In this document: in pieces, positions 1 through 13,069 of the stretch
How positions within the stretch are numbered: the stretch's first letter is position 1
Layout: each line of letters begins with the position of its first letter
NCBI RefSeq assembly: GCF_001194135.2
Contig: NC_068982.1
Location: 98,789,159 to 98,853,158, forward strand
Direction: 5' to 3'
Source of the DNA: Octopus bimaculoides
Taxonomy: Eukaryota
DNA length: 64,000 nucleotides
Notes under the pieces: model-generated
What the model saw: the letters and a program-made list of their open reading frames with translations, nothing else
The model's database searches: none
Told to the model about the DNA's origin: nothing
Made by a program: the position numbers and the translations under genes

Positions 1-670
1 CGGTCTCTTTTTGCCAAACCACTAAGTTACGGGGACGTAAACACACCGGCATCGGTTGTCAAGCGATGGTGGGGGGACAAACACAGACACACAAACGTAC
101 ATATATATATATATATATATATATATGGCTGTGTGGTAAGTAGCTTGCTTACCAACCACATGGTTCCGGGTTCAGTCCCACTGCGTGGCACTTTGGGCAA
201 GTGTCTTCTACTATAGCCTCAGGCCGACCAAAGCCTTGTGAGTGGATTTGGTAGACAACTAAANNNNNNNNNNNNNNNNNNNNNNNNNNNNNNNNNNNNN
301 NNNNNNNNNNNNNNNNNNNNNNNNNNNNNNNGATGCTGGTGTGTTTACGTCCCCGTAACTTAGCAGTTCGGCAAAAAGAGACCGATAGAATAAGTACTAG
401 GCTTACAAAGAATAAGTCCTGGGGTCGATTTCCTCGACTGAAGGTGGTGCTCCAGCATGGCCGCAGTCAAATGACTGAAACAAGTAAAAGAGTAAAAGAG
501 TATATATACGACGGGCTTCTTTCAGTTTCCGTCTACCAAATCCACTCACAAGGCTTTGGTCAGCCCGAGGCTATAGTAGAAGACACTTGCCCAAGGTGCC
601 ACGCAGTGGGACTGAACCCGGAACCATGTGGTTGGTAAGCAAGCTACTTACCACACAGCCACTCCTGCGC
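1..670 (-). mobile_element. tRNA-head SINE family A with central microsatellite (host copy, truncated by window edge)
   Basis: 1-100 is the reverse complement of the family's 3' half and 507-670 the reverse complement of its head (cgacgggcttctttcagtttcc...cacagccactcctgcgcc). Many related copies occur in the window. Confidence 0.8.
127..500 (+). mobile_element. SINE family A copy nested in the host copy (contains N gap 264-331)
   Basis: Head ggctgtgtggtaagtagcttgcttaccaaccacatggttccgggttcagtcc (B-box-like GGTTCAGTCC); tail ...aagtaaaagagtaaaagag. Confidence 0.8.
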
Positions 671-782
671 CTATTTTCTTTTTTTTTTTTTTCTTTCACC
701 AGTCATCTGGTTAACTTTCATTTCATTTTATTTGCAATTATTTCGTCTGAAAGAAAAGAAGAACAGATGAAACTTTACATAC

Positions 783-938
783 TTGAATAAGCGGGTCAGC
801 ATAAACTGGCAGTCAGATAAAATCTTGGAAGAGATGGTTTTGATATGACTTTCACTTAGGGTTGATACATAAGCAGCCAAACAATGACCAATCAATGAGG
901 CATGACTAATGGCATCCAATGTAGGTAGGTTGGAGGAC
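783..938 (-). CDS. PDXDC1: PDXDC1 coding exon 5 (156 nt)
   Basis: Acceptor ctctttttatttccttag, donor AA|GTATGT, phase 2 to 2. [41 protein letters not shown] is the clearest PDXDC1 signature. Confidence 0.92.
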
Positions 939-2565
939 CTAAGGAAATAAAAAGAGAATAACAGATGATCATTGTTAGGAAATTTAGTGTTCAATATTAA
1001 CTTCTAAATATATTTTAAAATTAAGCTATTGAGTTTACTTTTGTTTCAGTTAATTTTGAAAATAATGAAAAAGTTAGTAGACTTTGTCACTGTTAAACTG
1101 GTCTTTTGGAACATAAATTATATGGAACTTTTGATTTTAACTGAGATCACTTTAAAACAAGAAGTTTATATTGTAGAACCAGGAGGGGTTTCAAGAGTGC
1201 TTATAAAAAAAAGGGGTTAAAGCAGTATACAAAAGTAAAATTCAAAAGTCCAACCTAGGAAAGTTTGTTTAAACAGCTTTAACAGAACATGTTCTGAAAC
1301 TGGAAGGATACAACATATATATCTCTGATTTTGTGAAGTAGGCCACATTTTTATGAGTCATGTCAGAATTGGTAAAACATGACAAAATACCAAATGATAT
1401 TTATTTGCATCTCTTTACATTTTGCTTCAAATCCTATGCAGGTCAACCCTGGCTTGCATCCTTGTGAAATTAACTAAATAACTACCATCCAAGTACTGGA
1501 AGGGAGTTTGATATAATCAATTATACCCTTGAAAGCAGTATGAAAACCTAGCCAGTCTAATAATTGGAATTAACAAAAGAACATACTCACAGCATATTTA
1601 GGCTTACTATACAACAAAAGATTAAAGCCCAAATTGAGACAAAAGGTTAGATGGCTATAGAGCAATATGGTTTCACAAGAAACATCATACATTCATTTGC
1701 CAGGTGCTATATAACCAGTCATATGGTTTATCTAGTGGTATACTGCCACTACTAAAGAATAAGTGGTGAGTAATAGGCACTGGTACAGTGACCAAAATTA
1801 ATTAAGAAAGATACTGTACTAGTTAGGGTCAGAGATGATGACAGATGATAAAAATGTACATTGTTTCTAAAATAATATAAAATTTCCACTCTACTAAATT
1901 CTTGTCATATTTTCTTTGTTCTAAACAATGTTTGGATAGGTTCATTCTCAAAACTGATTTAAAGTCCATTTTCTACACACATGCACACACATATATATAA
2001 ATCTTGTAGTATGCTATGCAAAGCTCATCCATGGTTACTGGCTACCAAATGTCATCATAGAGAGGGAATGCTCTTGTTACTGGATATACATCAGGGTTTT
2101 ATAGTATCCATAGAGTTTATATAAATAGATGAATAATAGAAAATGGACTGAAATACATTATTTATTTATAATCACTACAATTGTTTCCACATGTCACTGT
2201 ACAAAAATTGTACATTGGTGAGATTATTATAATCAATATATTGTATAATCACTCTCATCCATCAAAGTTTGAAGATGTGATTCTTTAGGTGATTATTTTG
2301 AATATGTCCTTCATTAGATCAAACTGTTGTTTCACTCAATGACAGAATGAACACCCAAATTAGTATGTTATTTTCAGTAATTTACAGACAAAACTAAACC
2401 CATAGGTATAGTAACAGACAAAATCTACTATAATAATACTCTTGTGTTTTTCTCCATCACAACATATGAATGAGAAAGGAAGGGGTGATAGCAAACTGGT
2501 GGGATGGTGAACATTCAACACTGAAAAAAGAATCAAACAGCGTTTCAACTCTGTGTGGGTATATA

Positions 2566-2662
<97 letters not shown>

Positions 2663-3121
2663 AAGTACAAGGGAAGTAGGTGAATGTATGTGAACATTGA
2701 CAAGAGTATTAATTTGGTTTACCATGCACATTTATATATAAAATACTACAATTAGCTGTCATTTTTGACAGTGCAGGGCCAGCTGTCACAATTATAACAC
2801 AGAAACAAAGAAACAGACAAAAATGTATCTTTGTGGTCAGATTATAAGGAAGAATAAAATTAAGTATAAAGGAATAACATGATTAAGTGATGGAGGTTGA
2901 CTATTTCTGTGGTTGAAGTGGATCTGAAGTACTGCCTTCCTGTTACAAAACATTTGACTCCATTCTACAATAGAATCAGCCTCTATATAAAGTTAATTTA
3001 AGACTATCCAGCTTTTTCTTTATCCATTTTTGAAACAATTAGCAAAATAAGTTAGGAGGTAAACTCTCTCCTGCTTACATACTTATTCTTCCATATACCT
3101 ACAAACAAAGTAGTATATATA

Positions 3122-3164
<43 letters not shown>

Positions 3165-6100
3165 ATATATATTTACACATGCAAACATATATGCTTCTTA
3201 CATACACTCTTACTATTTTTACCAATATCGATAATGTTGAGCTTAAAGTCTAACCAATATACAAGTAGCATGTATACACATACACACACACACATTTAAA
3301 TATGCTCATATACTTCTTACAAACATACTATCTTTAAAACAGAAATACAATATAACAAAGTCAAATAAAAATAAAATATACACACATACATAAAATGAAA
3401 TATACCCCCAAATATCTATTTATATATCCACACAAGTATTATATTTATATCAGTTGTTATCCTTATGTTATGTTGCATATGATAATTTCATATGCAACAT
3501 GAAAGTATGTCTATTAAAGATCTTGTGGTACTTATTAGAGTTAGGAAAGTGCCCAAAATACAATTACAAAGTAAACTTCTTACCACTCACATACATACAC
3601 AACATTATTTAGTGTGTATGTACTTGTCTGATTTAGCTCATGACTATATAGTGTATCAACTGGTTTAATAGTAAGTGGGTTTTTACTAACTTTATATTTA
3701 ACCTCAAACAGCACTGGATGTTGATGAAGAGAGGTTAAAAAAAATGGGGGAGAACTATCCACACAATGCATTCAAAATATATTCAATTTCATCTTAAGAG
3801 TTACAGGATGTTTAAGCTAAATTTGACGATTTTTTTATGTCTTTTTTATTCAGTATTGGTGAGCAGTCAGTGATGTTTGAGAACATAAAATTTAAAGTTG
3901 TAGTAGGCAAAAAGTTAGCTGACATGGATGACTGGAAACCACCTGAATATTACAAAAGAGTTGCCTGTATCAGGGTAACTTGAGCTTGGTGTCAAACTAC
4001 AGACATCATGACAGCTGTTCAATGCTCTGTGAACATAGTAAAGGCTGTAAGACGTAACATGGATAGCTGCAATAGAAACCATGAAGCCATGGCCTGCAGG
4101 AAAGAACACAGCAAGTATTATGGAAGCATCTGCACACCAGAATTCATCTAACAACTGCAAGAAAGGTGTCCGGCTAAAGAAAATCTGCCTCATCAAATTC
4201 CATCTGACCCATGCAAGCATGGAATAGTGTATGCTAGAAGGATGATGGCAATGATGATAAATCAGCATGACAACATATAACAGGAGATATATATCTTCAA
4301 ACTACAAGTACAATCCATCTACCCAGTTTCACCCATAAAGAAGGTTTGACCCAAGACTATGGAAAATAACACTTATTCTAGATGCCATGCAGTGGAATCA
4401 AAACTGGAACTTCATGGTTGCAAAGTAAACTTTTTAACCAATTGTCCATATGAGATTTCTTAGCAACAAAATTGATACATTCTGTCTCAATGACATATAG
4501 TAATTCATGACTAAAGGTCACTATTTTAAAAACTGTTTCTTTTTAATGGTGCTCATGGGTCAGTAAATCCTTACCATTATTCCTTGACTTAGCAAAAATT
4601 GTTCTATGAAGTGTTAGGATCACAGATTTACTACAGTAAATACTTCATAACCAACAAAAGGCCATTCATGTCGGTCATACTAATTCGACTGTCCATTTAT
4701 TTTATATCACATTCTGTGAACCATAATATACTAGATTACAGACACCTAATGAATCAATCACTAATTCACAAGGAATTGTTTGTGTAGAACAAATATCATA
4801 CAGAGTACTTCGATTTTAAAGTTGTAAATTTTTAGTTTTCTCACTAATGTTTACATCTTTCATGTATGTATACACTAACACACACAGTAGGATTGGTGCA
4901 GGAGTGGCTGTGTGGTAAAGTAGCTTGCTTACCAACCACATGGTTCCAGGTTCAGTCCCATTACATGGCACCTTGGGTAAGTGTCTTCTTCTATAGCTTC
5001 AGGTCGATCAAAGCCTTGTGAGTGGATTTGGTAGACAGAAACTGAAAGAAGCCCATCATGTGTGTGTGTGTGAGTGTGTGTGCGCGCGCGCGCGTCTGTG
5101 TTTGTCCCCCCACCATCATTTGACAACCGATGTTGGTGTGTTTACGTCCCCGTAACTTAGCAGTTAAAAGAGAACAATAGGATAAGTACTAGGCTTACAA
5201 AGAATAAGTCCTGGGGTAGATTTGTTCAACTAAAGGTGGTGCTCCAGCATGGATACAGTCAAATGACTGAAACAAATAAAAGAATAAAACTCCACTCACA
5301 CAGTATTGATCAACCTGAGGCCATGTTAAAAGACATTTGCCCAAGGTACCACATAAGAGAGAACCACATAAATGAGAAGTCGTTGCCAGTGCCGCTGGAC
5401 TGGCTCCCGTGCAGGTGGCACGTAAAAAACACCTTTTTGAGCATGGCCGTTGCCAGTACCATGTGACTGGCCCTTGTGCCGGTGGCACGTAAAAGCACCC
5501 ACTACACTCTCGGAGTGGTTGGCGTTAGGAAGGGCATCCAGCTGTAGAAACTCTGCCAGATCGGATTGGAGCCTGTGCAGCTTTCTGGCTTGCCAGTCCT
5601 CAGTCAAATCGTCCAACCCATGCTAGCATGGAAAGCGGACGTTAAATGATGATGATGATGATGATGATACGTACCTACATCCTTGATTCCTTGCTAGTTA
5701 TTTTCTCCGTTACATTTCTCAGTTTTGTTTATGTACATGGAATATTATTTTTGATACTTGAAAGTAAATATGTTTTCTCAGTATGCATTCCACAATATCA
5801 ACATTTCATTGATAAGGAATTTGATTAAAAAAAAAAACTGCCAATGAAAAGGGTAAACAGGAAAGAAACAAGTGAGATATCAATCCATTCTGCTGCTAAT
5901 ATATCTGAACAGCCACTGTTGCCTAACTAGATTATTTGATAAGTCTCCTATGAAGGGAAGAGATGACTGTAACAACATTAACCATCAACCTACATTTTGT
6001 AAATGTTCAGTTAGACTGGATCTTCACTTTGTGTTGTGATCTCTATTTTCTATTTTACCCTTTTACACTGTCAATTCAGAGAAAGTGTTGCCCATTGCAC

Positions 6101-6400
6101 AGTACAATACCAGTAACCACATACATAATTACAACTGTTCAAAAGGTTAATGTTATTTTCACTTGGTCATAATGTCTCATCAATAAAATCAGGATCAATA
6201 GGTGTTTTAGTTACAAAGATACAAGTGTGGCTGTTTGATTCAGAAGCCCATTTTGCAACCGTATAGTTTCAGGTTCAGTCCCACAGTGTTGTACCTTGGG
6301 TAAGTACCTTGAATGAATTTAGTAGCTGGAAACTGTGTGGAAGCCTGTCATAAATAAATATATCATCATCATCGTTTAACGTCCGCTTTCCATGCTAGCA

Positions 6401-6458
<58 letters not shown>

Positions 6459-9400
6459 ACGTGTGTGTTTGCTATGTGTATATATATATATGTATATATA
6501 TATATATAAAACATACTTAGAAGAGGATGCATGGCGTTCAATCATATAATAATATAAATAATATATATATAAGCATATATACATACGTATAATGTACATA
6601 CTTACATCTATACGTATATACATATGCATATGTGGGCACAGGACATCATGAAATGTGTACAACAAAAAATATGAAGTACCAGTGCATGGAATATGAACTA
6701 TTTTTTCGAACAACGCAAAATGGAAAACAAGACAAACAACATAAAGAACGACCCTTCATCAGTTGTTGGCTGTTTTTCTACTCTTGTATTTCGAGCATTT
6801 CACAACAAGATATGCTTTTGATAAAACAGTTGTTCCCACAAAGCAAATTAAATAAAATTTGGGATTTTGCAGAGGGTCAAAATTGGTAACAAAAACAGGA
6901 CAGTGAAAACAAACAGGAAGGGTTGCTAAGACTAAACGAGGTTGTGGTGGCGAACGCGTAAGTCAAGCTTGGACAGGAGACAAACAGGATCAAGGAAGAT
7001 GTGCTCTTGTCTGTCTCCTGTCCAAGCTTGATTTACGCGTTCACTACAACAACCTTGTTTAGGCTTAGCAAACCTTCCTGTTTGTTTTCACTGTCCTGTT
7101 TTTGTTATCAATTTTGACCCTCTGCAAAATCCCAAATTTTATTTAATTTGCTTTGTAGGACCAACTGTTTTATCAAAAGCATATCTTGTTGTGAAATACT
7201 CGAAATACGAGAGTGGAAAAACAGCCATCAACAGTTTATGTGGTTTATGTCTTTATGTTGTTTGTCCTGTTTTACCATTTGTGTTTTAAGTTGTTCGAAA
7301 AAATAGTTCATACTAGCAGTATAGCCTGGCGTTGCCTGGGATTAAATTAGATTATTAAGCTAATCAAGCGCTTTGTTTCAAACCTAACTAAGTAACACTG
7401 ACATCAAATTTGAGCGAAATCCATTGAAATTGGAAAAACGTTTGGCTGAAAATGGGTTGCAGACAATTTGATTGGGAAATCCCATAAGGAATTGGTAAAT
7501 CACTTTTTCCACTCATAGAGGGTATTTGCTTGACTAAACCCTTTGAGTCAGTATCTAAGCATGACTCCAGTCCAATGACTGAAACAAGTAAAGAAAGTCA
7601 AATCATTCAGTTCATGCAACTTTCTAAAAGGAAGAAGAGATTTCCTAAGCCTGTTGCCATGGATTTATATATGCAAAATTTTATAACTGCTAAATGCTAG
7701 AAATATTATCATTAGACAAACTTGAAATACATTGAAATAGAGGAAAACAAGACGCTAGGAGACTAACACTCATTTCACTACACTGTATTAGAAGGACACA
7801 TTGAATGAGCTTGAAATATCATGGTGTGAAAAGACTAGTAAAATTAAGATTTTGAAATAAAATTGAAATGAATGTAGGTTTACACCTCAGTGCCTTTCCT
7901 GTTTCAAATCACTGAACCATAAAATGAGAATGGCTCTTTTTTCACTAAGATAAACTAAAGTACACAGAGTAAAGTGTATCAGCTAATATCACAATGAAGT
8001 AGTTGTGGTGAGCTTTAGACCCAGTAGACAGAAGTTCAGGATGTATATTAGATTTTGCCATTGTACCTTACAAAAGGGGAAAAAAAAAAAAAGCATAATA
8101 AAATCAACCAAATTGCCCTCTGTAACAATGCTGATAGTTGCAGAAAGATTTCAATAGCATACAGTTTCGTATGCAGATTATCTGATGGTGAGGAAGGGAG
8201 GGGGTCACTGCATAGTCCATGGAAAGTAGAATAGTACAATGGTTTCACAAAGTGCTGATGCAAATGTGATGGATAGAAGTGTGATGTACCCGATATCTAA
8301 GGAGTTCTGAGGAGTAGGAACCATTCTAGTAATGATAGGGAAGAAATAGAGAGAACATAATGTGGTAATGGGTTAATAATTGCAGTGTGTTTGTGAGTGA
8401 AGGTTTAGTAAACAGTAAGACGATTTGAGTGAAGAATTCACAATAAAAAGTTTATATGTGTACCAACTGCTTCATCTCATACATGCTAGGCATATTCTAA
8501 TGTACCAGTACTTAGACTTGGCAGAGTGTCTGTAATTCTTCAACACTAGTATTTTCTTGTCCTAAAGAGAAAACAGCCTTTTTATTATGCAGTTCTACTA
8601 ATGTGTTCCAGTCATGAAAGAACAGAGATTATGGAAGAAGATTTGCAAATTTTTGTAAACATTTTAGTTGGGTATTGATTAGTGAGAGAGGCAGTGTTTA
8701 ATATAGGGAGGTAACACTTATGTCCACTTAAACATGGATGTTCTGTTAGAACAAACTATACTGCAGCAGTTACCATAAGAGAAACTGTCCTGTTGTTTTG
8801 ACATGGCCAATGAGCATTTCTCTCATGGTAACTACTGCAGTATAATTTGTTCCAACAGAACATCCATGTTTAAGTCTGCATGTAAAATACACCATTTTGA
8901 GTGTGGCCGTTGCCAGTACCGCCTGACTGGCCTTCGTGCTGGTGGCACGTAAAAGCAGCCACTACGCTCTCAGAGTGGTTGGCGTTAGGAAGGGCATCCA
9001 GTTGTAGAAACTCTGCCAAATCAGATTGGAGCCTGGTGTAGCCAACTGGATCACCAGTCCTCAGTCAAATCGTCCAACCCATGCTAGCATGGAAAGCGGA
9101 CGTTAAATGATGATGAAACTGTAGTGTTCTAAGTGAGTTTCCTTGATATTTGAAGTAACTGAGCAAGATTTTAGTCGAGTTAACCACAGTTTGCATTAAT
9201 GTTAATGAACATTTCTATTTTGTTGTTGCTCCAGCTAATATTCTAAATGCTCTCAGATATATTGAATATTTACTATTGATGTTAGCCAAAAGGTTGAATA
9301 TTTAAACACATTCCAGGTACACACATGGATTTGTGATTAAGAAGTTTTCTTCTCTTCTCAATAAAGTGATTTCAACTTCAGACTCACAGTGCAGTAACCT

Positions 9401-11179
9401 TGGGTAAGTGTCTTCTCTAATAGCCTTGTGAGTGAATTTAGTAGATGAAAATATCGAGTGTGAGTATGCATGAATGTGTGTGTGAGTGTGTGCAAATATG
9501 TGCGTGCATGTATAAATGCATCTGTGTATAGGAGAGGAGGAATTATTAAAGCAGAAAATATTTTATCAAAAACTATCACAGATATCAGAACCAGTAAATT
9601 CTTTACAAAGTTCTACAGTTGATCTCATGGATTAGGTGCAGATTTGGTGTGTGGTAAGAAGTTTGCTTACTATCTACATAGTCTAGGTTCAATCCCACTG
9701 TGTGGTACCTTGGACCAGTGTCTTCAGCTATAGCCATGGGCTGATCAAAGCCTTGCATGTGGATTTATTAGACGGAAACTGAAAGAAGATCATGCATGCA
9801 TGTATGTGTGTGTGTGTTTGTATCCCCTTGTTTTGACATTGCGTGATAGTTGAAATTGGTGATCAACAGCATACAATCAATGTCATTTAGACATTGGGCC
9901 TCACTGAGGAAATTACAAGGAAGCAGCGGTGACGATTAGTTGTACTTGGTAAGATGCATCAAGCTAAGTAAAATCGCTGTCTCTCGCACATACAAGCTTG
10001 TCCTTTCAGGTGCCAGAACCACATAATATGCACCCATGACTGTGTTGTTGTACATGCACCCATGCTGGTACAGTGTAGAAACACCTGTGCCAGTAGCACA
10101 TAAAAAGCACCCAGCACACTCTATTAAGTGGTTAGCACTAGGAAGGGCATCCAGCTGTAGAAACTTTGCCATAACAGACAAGTGGAGTTTTGACTGCTCC
10201 CAGATGGCCAACTTCATGTCAAACCATCCAACCCATGCCAGCAAGGAAAACAGACATTACATGACGATTATATCTAACATTTCTCTAATATTCACCTTTC
10301 TCTAAGTTGAAGGTATTCCTTGACACATCTTCCTCACTACCCTCCTTTTTTTTTCCAACTGGGGTAACCATGCATCTCCCTTATAACAGGACATCTGTTT
10401 CTGTCCCTCTATCATACTTTAACCTTTCATCACTTGGCACAAAGCCAAGTCTCTCAATATTACACCCACTTCAATTGAGAGGTTTTGTCTTGCAAGTTAC
10501 TTGGTGACCTCGGTGCCACGTAAAAAAAAAGTGCCCAGGAACACTCTGAAAAGTAGTTGGTATTATGAAGGAAACTATGCTAAAACAGACATTGAAGCTT
10601 GGAGCAGTTTTCTGGCTATCCAGCTCTTGTTGAACTGTTCAACCCATGCCAGCATAGAGAACTGACATTAAATGATGACAGCAATTATGATGACAATGAT
10701 GATGAAAATGACTAGTAAAGATTATTTATAATGGAATATCACTAATATGGCATTCAGCCACAACAACGTGAATATCAGTCTATGTTTACTCAGTAACATT
10801 TGTTACATGTCAGAATGCTCTATAAGTCAGTGGTACACCAGACATGCAAAAGAAACATCTGTTGCCACAAGAGATTTAAGAGTTTCCTTAGTTCTTATCA
10901 TTGGCTTCTAACTTTTATCTTTTACTAGTTTCTTTCAGGCATTAGGCTGTGGCCATACTAGAGTACCACATCAAAGAGTTTTGTCGATCAAATTGATGTT
11001 TTTTGAGGTTCTTTTAAAAAATTTTTTGAAAGTCTGGCATTTATTCAATCAGTTCCTTTTTGCTAAACCACTAAGTTATAGGACTGTAAACAAACCAACA
11101 CTAGTTGGGAAGTGGAGGTGGGGGAGACAAAGGCAAAGATACACACACACAGATGTACGTACATACATACATGCACACA

Positions 11180-11225
<46 letters not shown>

Positions 11226-12952
11226 CTTCTTTCAGCTTCCATCAACCAAATTCACTAACATGGCTTTGGTCAACTTTGGGCTATAGTAAAAGGCACTTAC
11301 CAGACAACCACACCTATGCCTATGTTAGTAAGACTCTCACTTTCAATGTCCTTTGCAGATATATAATAAAAAGTTGAGTCATTTTTTTTTTTTTTTGCTC
11401 TCTTTTGAAAGCACAATTCCAACTAACAGATACTTTAGTCAATTAATTGGTAAGATTTAGAACTCAAACAGGAATTATAGAGACTCCATATTTAGTATTT
11501 CAAGAATAATAACAATACTGACATTATCCATTTCTACTTCAGTCCAAGGACTCAAGATTTGAACTTGTAATTAATTACAAGCTGATATAACACTTGCTAC
11601 GCCTTTCTCCATAGTTTCGAGCTGATTAACCATGATGCCTATTTACAACTGGAAAGACTGAACCAGCAAGAGATGTGTTTTTGCCAATATACCTCTTGTT
11701 GCAGATCACATCACTGGAACAATATTTATATTCAACAGTTACCATATTTCATCCTTAGCTGAGGCAGATCAGTGAAAGACAGGTGGCATGCCCTCTTAAT
11801 ATTTGGATATCTAATGTTAATGAATAGCATTTAGTTAACTCTCTTGGGACACCTGGGCCGATTGATCAACCCAAGTGATACAAACTGAAAGGACTTTGAG
11901 TCCAATCCATCAGCCCAATGAAACAAAAGTTGTGTATGGTTGGTTTTGAAGTATAATAGCCAATCAGAGATCATCTTCCAGTACATATTTTTGTTTTGTT
12001 TTTGTATTATTCTATTTACCAATATAGTGTTGTTTTAGGTTTTCTTATTGTGATAGACGTATTGTACTGTTTATAAATTTTCGTAATATATATAGTTTTA
12101 CATACAAATAAAGTAGTTTTAGGCACTTTATCCTTTGTTTTCTATATGTGCCCATCAATTTCAATCTCAAGAGAAAAAATTTGGGTCTTTTTGGCTACAC
12201 ATACCAAAACACCATGTGTCTGAAAATGGTTAAAATACCAGCACTAATAGCACAAATGAAAATATCCCAATTAACAGAACCATTTCAACATAGACAGTCA
12301 AAATGTTAAGGAGTGGCTGTATATAGGCGTAGGAGTGAGTAGCTTGCTTACCAACCACATGGTTCCGGGTTCAGTCCCACTACGTGGCACCTTGGGCAAG
12401 TGTCTTCTACTATAACCTCAGGCCAACCAAAGCCTTGTGAGTGGATTTGGTAGACGGAAATTGAAAGAAGCCCGTCGTGTATATATATATATATATATAT
12501 ATAGAATAAATGGGTTAATAGAAACCAATGTAGCAAAGAACACAAAATAACTGTGGTTTAGTTCCTGTTTTTAAGGCAGGAACTCCTTGAAATTTTGGAT
12601 ATTTGAGTATATTTAAGAATTTAAGGAATGGAGAAAACGCATGTTATAATTGCATACTTTATTCCTACATATGTTTCAAAGGATTACAACCTGTGTGATC
12701 CATAGGGATCTTTGATATTAAAATTGTAACCTTCTCATCAGGGAAAGCATGGGAATCATCTTAAATGTAAGACATAATGACCGATTATGAAAACAATAGA
12801 TGGATAAGGTTATGACTTGATTCATTTGAAAATGAATCAAGAGAATTGGACGCTGCCGGATAGTGGTTTGGACAACACATACCTATAAATGTGTGAGAAC
12901 GTACATGCATACATAAATACATATACACAAAGACACACATACATGCATATTG

Positions 12953-12991
<39 letters not shown>

Positions 12992-13006
12992 CATACATAT
13001 GTGCAC

Positions 13007-13069
<63 letters not shown>

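Noticed and set aside
127-200. tRNA genes at SINE heads
   Set aside because: Only A/B-box-like remnants are present, there is no cloverleaf, and they are continuous with repeat bodies.
6740-6800. Hammerhead in the left palindrome arm (CUGAUGA at 6756-6762, minus strand)
   Set aside because: The nearby GAAA boxes do not give a valid helix II, or a helix III with U16.1.
12837-12882. Possible extra PDXDC1 exon ([10 protein letters not shown]...)
   Set aside because: It reaches TGA with no usable phase-2 donor, and exons 4 and 5 already join in frame with full-length alignment.
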